A stretch of 50,311 nucleotides of DNA from Catajapyx aquilonaris (lineage: Eukaryota): assembly GCA_000934665.2 (NCBI GenBank), contig KZ538735.1, positions 1 to 50,311 of the forward strand, given 5' to 3'. Below are positions 1 through 9,602 of the stretch, piece by piece. Positions within the stretch are counted from its first letter, which is position 1. Each line of letters starts with the position of its first letter. The notes beneath the pieces are model-generated. The model ran no database searches. It saw nothing but the letters and a program-made list of their open reading frames with translations, and was not told the DNA's origin. The position numbers and the translations under genes were made by a program.

Positions 1-523
1 TATTAGCGTACTGGGCAGAAAAATTCCAGTAATATTATAACGTCATTGTGCAAACGAATAGTCCGTCTTCCCAATCTGCAATATTTGATTCAGCACAAAA
101 TAATAGTCATGGTGTTCCTCTGCGCAAATTGGTCGGCGATCTGCAGAGGTTAGGAAGAGAGAGATGATGAAAATAATAGTCACCTCCGGCTATGTCCGCA
201 AGTTAGTATAGGCGGCATGTATAAAGAGTTATACAGGGAGGGCAGACCAAAAGTCTATTTCTATGAGAGGTGAGCTTTTACAGGTCTCGATGTTTCCTGC
301 GAATAGTAAGAGCCTGGACGATGTCGTGGACACAATCATGGATTTCGTCAAATACATTATCCAAACGCCAATTGAAACCATTCAGTTTTCAAAAGTAGCG
401 TTGTAGCCTGTATACATTGAAAAATTAACTATAACTATGGCTCCCATAACTCGTGCCCCCACAGGCTGAAAATGCCAAGACACAGTATTTTAAAAATATA
501 TATGTATGATGCTGGGAAGCATG

Positions 524-532
524 AAAAAAAAA
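524..532 (-). terminator. Pol III oligo-T terminator of tRNA-Gln
   Basis: A9 run on + (T9 on -), 11 nt downstream of the tRNA 3' end. Confidence 0.7.
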
Positions 533-543
533 TATTTCCGTAT

Positions 544-615
544 AGGTCCCACCCAGATTTGAACTGGGATTGCTGGATTCAGAGTCCAGAGTGCTAACCA
601 TTACACCATGGGACC
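544..615 (-). tRNA. tRNA-Gln, anticodon CTG
   Basis: Reverse complement reads GGTCCCATGGTGTAATGGTTAGCACTCTGGACTCTGAATCCAGCAATCCCAGTTCAAATCTGGGTGGGACCT (72 nt). It has an acceptor stem GGTCCCA/TGGGACC, anticodon stem CTGGA/TCCAG with loop CT-CTG-AA, T-stem CCCAG/CTGGG, and intact A and B boxes. It closely matches the conserved metazoan tRNA-Gln sequence. Confidence 0.96.
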
Positions 616-1273
616 TTCTTGCTCACTGGGATTCCGTTTCCAATGCTGCCTATCACTTTCATTAAAATTATCGCATGAAGTAATCACATTCTGATTGGAT
701 ATGCAATCTGCTCAGTACTATACTGTGCAGGCAATGTTAAAGACATGTTTTTATGGAGAGATACGTATGTGGAAATTTCTAAAATTCGGACCCTTGCCAA
801 AAAATGTGATAAACATCTACTTACCTAACATACCTATACTGTAACATGATAATTGTACAGTACACCCAAATTGAATCAATATGCCTAAGGATGTGGTTTC
901 TGATGACAAACTTTTTTTTTCTTTGACAGTACACCCACCTCCCCCCCTGCATGATAATATAATTATCCGTCAACCCTAAATTAAATAGCGAAAATACCGG
1001 TTGCGGTAAAGAAGCGACCGTAATTGATTGCCCAACTTCTCCCCTTCCGCCAGCAGTGTAAAGTTGGCCAACTAATTGCCGCCCAATCAATCCCTGTATC
1101 GCAAAAAAAGGGGGGGGGGAGGGGGGCGACAAAATCGGATTTGCTAAGCGGATTATCCTCTCTGGAAAACTGGGTCTAACCATCCCCACTCACTCTCAGC
1201 ATTTCTTTTTCTTCTCGCTATCATTCTCCCCGCTATTTTCTCTTTAGCGAGCGTAAAGAAGAAGAAAAAAAAA

Positions 1274-1298
1274 NNNNNNNNNNNNNNNNNNNNNNNNN
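1274..1298. other. assembly gap (N run); a single N also at 8710
   Basis: Run of n characters flanked by A and T homopolymers. Confidence 0.99.
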
Positions 1299-1942
1299 TT
1301 TTTCCCTTCCATATATATTCTTTCATCCGAGAGAAAAAGCGTTGGCAGCGTTAATTTTGCGCAGCTTCCACCGGAAAAGTTACACTCCGGCCTAATTGAG
1401 TTGGCGCAAATCCGATTACTTATAAGATTTCCGGCGCATTTACTCCCTCCTTTTCTAAATGGAGATCAGAAGTTTAGAAGGCGAGAGAAAAGTAAGAAGA
1501 AAACTTTTTTGGGTCGGACAAGAGCCGGCCGATTTGTCATCCCCTATATATTCAAACTTTTTTTTAATATAGTATATAAAATACTCCAACTTCATCTTTC
1601 CAAACATTTCCAAGCATGGGGAAAAAAAAGTTTCTTATAGGAAATTCCACCGAAGCGGAAAGATAATGGCTTAACGGAGGAAGATTTGATCGATTAGTCT
1701 GTTCTTTCCCCAAATTTTTTTTTCGTTTCTTCAGATTGAGAAGTCTGAAGAAAAGTAAGAGCGAAAGAAAGTATTAGAGAAAACAAGCGGGTTCTTTTTT
1801 TCCGATAAGCAAAGTTTTTTTTTTGTCTATTTTGGGGGGTGGAAAGTACGGATTCGGTTTTTATGTCATTCTTTTTACATTGCAATAATTTTATGGTGTG
1901 TCCTTTTAAGTGTTTGTGGACTGTTGGTCTTTCCCCGCACAG

Positions 1943-4900
1943 CAGTCCAGCACGAGCGAGGTCCCCGGAAGCCAAAGACGAAGGACGGCGCGTCTTCTGG
2001 AGGTTCGTCTGTGGTGTCGGATCAACAGGCCCGCATACCTCCATTGCTGTTTCCGACTCCTACGCACACGCACGCGCATCTCCACGCGCATTCTCACGCG
2101 CACTCGCACGTCCATTCGCACGCCCACGGCCACTCACACGGTCCCAATCATCCTGGCTCCACCCCTGGAGGCGGAGCTCCTTCGTCGCAACAGCAACAAT
2201 CGCAGCCAAAAAGCGACGCGTTGACGGACGGATTTGTCGCTGGAGGTGCCCAACAGCCCTTGTTCGTACCGCAGCCACCTGCAGGGCTTCTGCAGATACT
2301 CATGTCGGCTGAGAAATGCCAGGTGAGGGACAACACTAAAAAAGATGATGAGGACGTATGACCTATTACGATTTTGTTTGTTGATTTTTATTAGCAAATT
2401 TGGATACAGCTTTTTGGTACGCAGGTTAGTGGTTTTATTCTTCCTTTTACATTTCTTGTGTTGTGGGGGGATTTTTTTGTTGTTGTTGTCATTATAGGAG
2501 AATGCTGGGAGTCAGGGCAGAAACAGTACAGACCAAAAAACACGCAATCTGTGTGCGTATTATCCGTGCATCTAAAAAAAAAATCCGAAAAAATGTCTCG
2601 CAAACAAAGAAATATAAAAGACTTTTTCTTGTTTTATTATTTTGATTACCTTAGTTAAAGCAACAGACTATGTACAATCTGACACAAAAAGTTTTGGCCA
2701 CTTTTTGCCCTTCCGTTCATTTTCGGCCAAAACTTTTTGTGACAGATAGTACTACATTAAAAATCTGTGATAGGTCATTTTTACTGTGTCTATAGCACCA
2801 TTTTCCGATTATCCGGCGACACACGTGCTGTCATTATCCCGGATAATCGGGAGTACAGTGTAATTATTTAGTGCATTGTAATAATTTATATAATCTCTCA
2901 ATTTGAGCGATAATTTCACAGCTTTGAGTCGAGCTTCTATAGGCCCTACTACATTACACAAATCTTGCAATACGAATGAAGCTGTGTGTTTTTTTTTAAA
3001 TAATTACACTCGTATATAAATAAGTTGTCAGTGCAGTGAAACTTATCTCTGGAAACTTGTCCAATGCGATGATTATTTTCGCAATGTTGTTTTTCGTTCA
3101 AATTTAATGCGGACATATAATCCATAATAGATAGATTTTACTGCAAATTGTTTTAAACACTGATACTGTTGTGTGCGTGAACGTACATTTAGGCCACCCT
3201 TACAGTTTCTTTCTCGAAATTATATATATATAAAAAGTACGATAATTGCTTGAAGATTGGAGGACACAAAAAAAAATGTTGTTTACTCATAACTGCTTGC
3301 CAGAGGCACATTGCAGAAACCGATATTCGCTCGCAGAATTGTCAGCATTAAAAAACTTCTCCTTTTTTTTGTTGTTTGCGAAACGAACTTTTGTGTGTAT
3401 GTACACACTGCAAAACTTTTGCTTCTCTGGTAATTACTCTTTTAAAAGAAAATCTGGTAACTTTTTTTTTTTCCACCCCCGTTATCCATCGGGGTCTTGC
3501 AAAAAAAAGTCGTGTAATGTTTGGTCTCTGCACCATTCGGCTGTTGACTTAAATCCCGGTTCTTTCTTTTTGTCGACATCCAGGAATTTATATGGAGTCC
3601 CAAGGCGGGCGAAAACGACGGCAGGTTCTCCATCCTTCATCCCACACCTTTGGCTCTGACTTTATCACCCACATGGGAGGCTTTGCAGGTACACATCAAC
3701 CCAGGCTTTTTCAACAATGCGTTGGTATGTTGTTTTCACTTTTTAAAAAAATATTTGCAGGAGACGACAGCTCGACTGCTGTTCATGGCCGTACGATGGG
3801 TGAAATGCCTGGCGCCTTTCCAGACCCTGTCCAAAAGAGATCAGCTCCTTCTTCTCCAGGAGTCCTGGAAGGAGCTGTTCCTGCTGCATCTGGCACAGTG
3901 GTCCATACCATGGGATCTGAGCACTCTATTGACATGTCCCAAGGCCCAGGAAAGGCTGCCCAGGGACGAGCTGACAGCCAACGAGATCAAAACCATGCAG
4001 GTATTTCCACAGCCCTCTACTATATTAACATGCAAAAAAAGATACAGTGCGACGTAGTACAGGGCTTAGTATTTTCTGCTCGTTTGTATCTTTAATGCTG
4101 GGGTCGATTGCTTTTCCAACATTTGCAGTTTTCATGTCCCTGCCGGCCATATCCCCATCCCCCTCTCTCTTTTCGCCAAGTTAATCACAGATCTGGGCTC
4201 ATGTTATTTTTTCATTAAAAAGGCCTAATAGAGCCTCAACTGCCGGATCATGTGCGTGTACTGAAGGGGGGAGTACTACAACATTTGTGTATCTTTGAAC
4301 CCCTCCCTCCCAGGCTGCTCTCATCTGATCCATCCTCGCAGCCTCCCGCACTCAGCATCATGTTTCTCTATCCATAGGAAATCATGGGTCGCTTCAGGCA
4401 GCTGTCTCCGGATGGAAGCGAGTGTGGATGCATGAAGGCAGTCATTCTCTTCAAGCCAGGTTTGCTCACACATATTACTGTGGAAAAAAACAACAACGAA
4501 TCAGTTGGGTTTAATTATTTGTGCAATTACGGTGTGTGATATTTTAATATATATTTTTGTTTCATTTTTAGTTTATTTCTGCGGAGTCTGGTGTGCACTC
4601 TAGCATGTGAGTTGGCATGTTCATAGAATTTCATTTGTAGCGCTCGCTTAGTTCAACACTGCAGGGATTGTATGGCACGTTGCGAAATGCTTCCTAAATA
4701 ATTCCTAACGTATTGCAGAAACTCCTGGATTGTGTGATATCCAGCCTGTGGAAATGCTGCAGGACCAGGCGCAGTGCATCCTCAACGACTACATCCGCAG
4801 CCGGTTCCCCCGCCAGCCGACGCGCTTTGGACGACTGCTGCTCCTGGTGCCCAGCCTCAGAGCCATCCGAGAAAACACAGTCGAGAACCTCTTTTTCAAG

Positions 4901-4969
4901 GACACCATTGGAGAGATCCCTATCCACAGACTCCTCGGAGATATGTACCAAATGGAGAAGTTTGCTTAG
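1943..4969 (+). CDS. dsf: Nuclear receptor dissatisfaction (NR2E family), 3' part: T-box, His-rich hinge and LBD; DNA-binding exons lie upstream of the window
   Basis: Exons 1943-2322, 3584-3688, 3761-4000, 4378-4459, 4719-4969 (TAG), all GT-AG and frame-consistent. Translation: AVQHERGPRKPK (NR2E T-box) ... LLQILMSAEKCQE ... ETTARLLFMAVRWVKCLAPFQTLSKRDQLLLLQESWKELFLL ... [38 protein letters not shown] ... RFGRLLLL ... LFFKDTIGEIPIHRLLGDMY. Recognised from memory as closely matching the Dsf LBD. Confidence 0.92.
2062..2142 (+). repeat. (His-X)n low-complexity coding repeat in the dsf hinge
   Basis: THTHAHLHAHSHAHSHVHSHAHGHSHG, encoded by alternating CAC/CAT codons. Confidence 0.85.
2672..2752. 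mobile_element. Small Tc1/mariner-type MITE (fold-back)
   Basis: 28-bp inverted arms GTACAATCTGACACAAAAAGTTTTGGCC (2672-2699) and GGCCAAAACTTTTTGTGACAGATAGTAC (2725-2752), 2 mismatches, TA at both termini. Confidence 0.7.
2781..2862 (-). mobile_element. pogo/Tigger-like DNA transposon end fragment (same family as 8114-8375)
   Basis: Reverse complement TACACTGTACTCCCGATTATCCGGGATAATGACAGCACGTGTGTCGCCGGATAATCGGAAAA aligns with 8114 onward; repeated GATAATC motifs and a TA terminus. Confidence 0.6.
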
Positions 4970-5322
4970 TCTCTCAGTTACCACAAGTCTTTTTTGCTAC
5001 AGTCTTACATGTAGTAGGTTACGTGTTTGGGATTTTCCTCCACTTCTCCACTCACTAGCGGGCGTACGATTCCCTGACTGCTGAAGAGGTATTCTCCCAC
5101 CCGTTACAAGTCAACAAAAATTATGTGGGATGAACCAGCATGCATGTATTTTATTTGCCTTCCAAAAAAAAAAAACCCTCATCAGATAGGGATTCTTCTC
5201 TCCGCTATAACTACCAATGTAATACAAGTTGTTTCAGCTGTGATAATTGTGTGAATTCAGCTGCCAAAGATGTACAGTTCAGTTTTAAATGTCTTTCAAT
5301 TCTTGCTACAATGTAAAATCCC

Positions 5323-5328
5323 AATAAA
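5323..5328 (+). promoter_or_regulatory. candidate polyadenylation signal of dsf
   Basis: AATAAA about 350 nt after the stop codon. Confidence 0.45.
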
Positions 5329-5560
5329 GATTTTGACTTGGCCGAAAACAGGTAAGAAACGCTTGAAACTTTTCACTCTTTATTTTCAGAAATTAGCAAA
5401 TGAACCAACCAAAAAAAAAAAGGGAGCGGTTCAGTGTTTTGCTGCTCCACACCATTCTTCTATGCAACAAAACATTTTTTTTTCAGTATAAGAATAATAA
5501 AGAGAGGAGACTCGGGTGTTCACATTATTAATCATCATCGATCCTTCCTTCCTCTCTTCT

Positions 5561-8500
5561 TTAAAGGTCGTTGAGATCAACTACATCAACCTTGGCTTCC
5601 TCCAGTTGGGCTGAGACTTCAGACACTTTATCCACTGAAACGCATTCCACCTTTTGGGGGACAGCCAGATTGCGCCACGAGGAAGCCTCTGCTTTCTTCA
5701 GCTTCACCTCCACTTTGGTTCCCATCATGTTCACTGAGCTCTTATTCACACTCACAATCTGCGAAGACAGAGGTAAGATTAAATTAGGGCATGGTAAACA
5801 ACGCCGCTTTCAAGATTTCACTTTTCAGAATCGAGTTACACAAAAATACATATCTAAATGACATACGCTGCTTACAGTACATGACTTGTTACAAATTAAT
5901 CCATTTAAAGCAGTTGTTCTCAAAGTGTGGTCTGCAGCTCACCATACTTTCAGGTGGTCCCAAGAGTGAATTACAATATCGACTCGTATGCTTTCTACTT
6001 ACTCCTTCAAGTTCCTGATCCAGCAGGAACGTCCCCTCTGAGCCAAAGTCCAGCCTGGCAACCAATCGAATAGGATTGATCTCCACGTAGGAGGTGTCTG
6101 GGTCGTAGTTCTTGGCATAGATGGCCACACAAACGTGACTGGCTGTTTGATGCCAGTCGTGCCTGCACTGCACCTCCAAGCCATCAGACTTGTCCTCAGT
6201 CCACACATGCGACCCCTTAGCGCAACCAACCTGCTCCAGGAATACTGAAAATTCAGTGGTACGGCGCTGGCAGCACGACCAGTACTTGAGGCCTTCGTGG
6301 AATATTGGGTAGCCTGGATGGTGCACGCAAGTCTCGTTGTCACTTGAGTTACCCGTGTAAGTGGCTTTGCATCCCTTGTTCTTGCAGGGTGTGCCCACTG
6401 CTATCTCCTCTGTAGAATTGGGAGCAGGGGACTCTTCTGCTGGCACTTCAGACTTATGTTGCTGCTGCTTCAGTGACGGGGCAATTGTTGGGATTAGCCG
6501 CATCTGCAAGGTACATTTGCATTTGGTGAATATTGACGCTCAAGTGAGTGGTTTTCTCACCCCCAGAATTACAACTAATATCTCCATGGCTCTATTGTGA
6601 AACATTTCTGATCAAATTTCTGTGTATTTTCCATTAGGAATGTTTACGTTAACGTAACAGACTCGAAAGGCTGGTCACAACATACTTTCATATGTGACCG
6701 GTGTATTTGGCTATAACAGCAGACTATAAAGCAGACTGATTTCCAATGTCCCTTGAAGTCCATTACATCTGAAGTCTAGTGCATTGAAATATTTGTTATA
6801 CAGTTGACTCCGGATATAACAGACTTCAAGGTACTGCGGAAAAAAGTATGTTATAACCGATGTCCATTACAGCCACTTTTGTAACAAATACACAAGCTTT
6901 CTGCTCTCCAAGTGCTTATAATGCGCACCACTGCATTTATTAATGATTCTATTCACAAAAATTCAAAATTAGCTCACCCGTAAATTAGGCAGGACCCCAA
7001 AAAAATCTGTAATTTTATTCTACCGTCTCCTTGTTGCCAAATGTACCAGAAAAAGTATGATTTTGAGTAACTTAGATCAGTGACAGATGCCAAAATTACT
7101 CCCCCCTCTAATATTATCTACCTTCCTGCGCATGGGACAGGAAGTTAAATAATCAAAAACAGCATATTTTCCACGGAGGGGCCAAAAATATTCTGTTATA
7201 GCCGAAGTGATGTGAAAATATGTGCAGCACTGCAGTCCATACTCATATTTTCAATGCTTCTTCCAACTGCATTAAAGCTGGGCACTCCACATTCTTTGAG
7301 AGCAGTAGTTTGCAAAACTTTGAGGTCTTAGGCAAGTTTTCAGTCACTTTTGGTTGCATGAATCTTGAAATGACTACATTTTACTGGTTACTGGTTAAAT
7401 GTGTAAACAAAATCTTCAAGGTACCATGGGCGTGTCCAGAGGTGGTCGTGGCAACCTCTCGGACTGCTTCGCTTCCCGAGACTTGTACTCAATGATCTCA
7501 TCAGCTTTTGACTTGTCCACCTTAGGCTTCTCGGGCTCTGGAGGCTTGACTGGATTATGAAATGAAACGGCACATCCCTGCAATTAAGAGAATGTCAAAT
7601 CAGTGATGATCATACAATGTTAACAGTAATATAAGATTGCTGTATATTTCCAAATTAGACCTCTCTTATTTTAAATTCAAACCCCATCCTGAAGAACAAG
7701 ACGACACACTGAGTCCATCATGCACCATGAAAATGTCCCCGGGCCATTAAACTTCATTGCACAACTATTCAGAGAATGTCAGTTTATTTTTCCAGTGTGC
7801 AAAAAAACTGCAATTTTGTTGCCTTGCCAGCTGCTGACTCATTGTGAATTCCTGCAGCCCATCTAAGTCAGCAAAATCCTGACAAACTCCACCTCCATAT
7901 GACATAATTCACATTCCCACTGCAGCTATAAATAGGTGCAAGAAAACTCCAATCTTGTCAACCAAAGATGTCAACATGAAACAAGTCCAATCAATCACTA
8001 TCTGACACCATGCTACACATTTCATTGAAGTGGCCTCAATATTGTTTGAAGAATTTGAAAATCATGATTCCGTCACTGAATACTTTATTGCGGTTTAGTT
8101 AGGCATTTGAATGTACACTGTACTCCCGATAATCCGGGCTAAAGCTGCGTTTACATGTGAGCGATTTGATCAGCAATGTCATCGCAGAGCGATGAATCCA
8201 ATTGTTTGGGGCAAATATCGATTGTTACTTGGTACCTGTTACTTTCGCCCCAAACAATTGGATTCATCACTGATCAAATCGCTCACATGTAAACGTTGCT
8301 TAATGACTGCACAGGTGTTGCTGGATAATTGAAAAACAAGGACAATCGAAAAATAGTTCTAGATACCATAAAAGTAAAGGCCATTTCACCCCCAAAAAAA
8401 TGCGCGGCAAACGGCGCGCGTTGCGGCATATTTGTCGCGGGGCACATTATTGCCAATAATTAATAATAATTGGCGGGGCACACATTTGCCACTTGTTGCT

Positions 8501-9255
8501 GCCTCAAAATCTTTTTGTGTTTCGGCCTTAAGCTGTTCAGAGGTTTTAATGAACTATGGTACACACTGTACGCTGCTTTAAATAAGGTTTAATCAAAATA
8601 ATGAAACTTCCAACACGTTTTTAGTTTGTCTCCTGGTAAAATTTATATTTCGTTGTTTGCATTTTTCAGACCTTTATTTATTTTCCTTTAATTGGGGGGG
8701 GGGGGGGGGNAAAAAAATGTCAATATGGCTTGCAAACAACGAAAGACTTTTACCAGTGTATTTTTCTGCGGGGGTGATGTACGAGTATTTGACTCGTAAT
8801 GTTGCGGACTGGTCTTACTTATCAACAATCGCTTCATGTCGTGCGTCTGATCAACGGCTAGTCATTAGCCCAATTAGCCGCCAAATTAGCAACGACCATA
8901 TAATGTTAACCAACAGCGTCCTGACTACCTTGATGTTCAGGAACTCTGTGAAATCAATGCACTTTCTGTTGCAGCAGCTCCATCCCTTGTAGGCATCGTG
9001 GAAGAAAGGCTCGCCGGGATGGTACCGGCACGAATCTGCAGATAAAGAAAAATTCCAACTGAAAATCTCTATACAAACGCCAATTATTCCAAAAAAAAAG
9101 AACGTAAAGAGACCATTGCAATAACCGGCCCTAATAATTACACAACAACAAAAAAGCCGCATGGCCCTACCTTCCCTGTTGGTGTTCGGATCGAACATCT
9201 TCCCGCATCCCCTGTTGTAGCAGAGCGACTGCCCGGCGTCCCCTGTCCCTGCCAT
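5561..9255 (-). CDS. CHORDC1: Cysteine and histidine-rich domain-containing protein 1 (CHORD/morgana, Hsp90 co-chaperone), ~347 aa
   Basis: Exons (minus strand) 9255-9171, 9035-8929, 7577-7425, 6503-6003, 5758-5561 (TAA) total 1044 nt, GT-AG and in frame. CHORD-I: CYNRGCG..CRYHPGEPFFHDAYKGWSCC..DFTEFLNIKGC. CHORD-II: CKNKGC..CVHHPGYPIFHEGLKYWSCC..GCAKGSH. CS domain: CRHDWHQT..VAIYAK..TKVEVKLKKAE..W. Confidence 0.95.
6700..6875. mobile_element. degenerate pogo/Tigger-like MITE fragments in CHORDC1 intron 3
   Basis: TACAGTTGACTCCGGATATAACAGACTTCAAGG terminus at ~6799, an inverted related copy just upstream (CCCTTGAAGTCCATTACATCTGAAGTCTAGTG), and repeated TATAAC/GTTATA motifs. Confidence 0.4.
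8114..8375 (+). mobile_element. pogo/Tigger-like element end interrupted by a nested MITE
   Basis: TACACTGTACTCCCGATAATCCGGGC-TAA[insert]TAA-TGACTGCACAGGTGTTGCTGGATAATTG is collinear with the uninterrupted copy at 2781-2862. Confidence 0.6.
8143..8300. mobile_element. PIF/Harbinger-type MITE (158 bp) with TAA target-site duplication
   Basis: Left end AGCTGCGTTTACATGTGAGCGATTTGATCAG versus reverse complement of right end AGCAACGTTTACATGTGAGCGATTTGATCAG (31 bp, 2 mismatches). TAA at 8140-8142 and 8301-8303. Confidence 0.85.
8378..8528. mobile_element. possible second Harbinger-type MITE
   Basis: TAA-AGGCC...GGCCT-TAA boundaries with degenerate inverted ends; GC-richer than the flanks. Confidence 0.4.
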
Positions 9256-9430
9256 GACGCTCCTTCCGACGCCAACGACGCCCCAACGGCTCTCTGGATA
9301 ATAAAATAAAATTTCCAAAAGGAAAGTTCCAGAGAGAAAAATTACAACGAGCAAGCGCCGGTCCACTCTGCGCATGCGTCGAAAAAGTAGCTGTTTGTGT
9401 CGTACGCAACGTAACATAGCTGCTCAGTTT
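9256..9430. promoter_or_regulatory. compact bidirectional promoter between CHORDC1 and cindr
   Basis: CpG-rich segment between divergent genes; NRF1/Ewg-like TGCGCATGCG at 9369-9378; Inr-like TCAGTT at 9424-9429 on +; first strong donor GA|GTAAGT at 9603/9604. Confidence 0.6.
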
Positions 9431-9602
9431 GACAAGTGGCGCCGTGGTTGTGGTGGCGGTCGGCAGTTGGAACTAGGGTGTCAGACAGAACAGAAGGGGT
9501 CAGGAATAGAACGGGCGTGTTTGTGTTGTGTTCTTGCCCGTGTGCCCACCGCGTCGATGCTGCCCGTTTAAACACACTGGCAAACACACCGGGGCGAGGA
9601 CG

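Noticed and set aside
950..1440. TAAT/CAAT-rich segment that might be a dsf intronic enhancer
   Set aside because: Motifs are short, and conservation cannot be assessed from one sequence.
9256..9417. N-terminal extension with a hydrophobic segment on the CHORDC1 ORF (8851..9417)
   Set aside because: It overlaps the promoter/5' UTR. Family similarity starts just after Met at 9255, and the ORF also reads through an intron.
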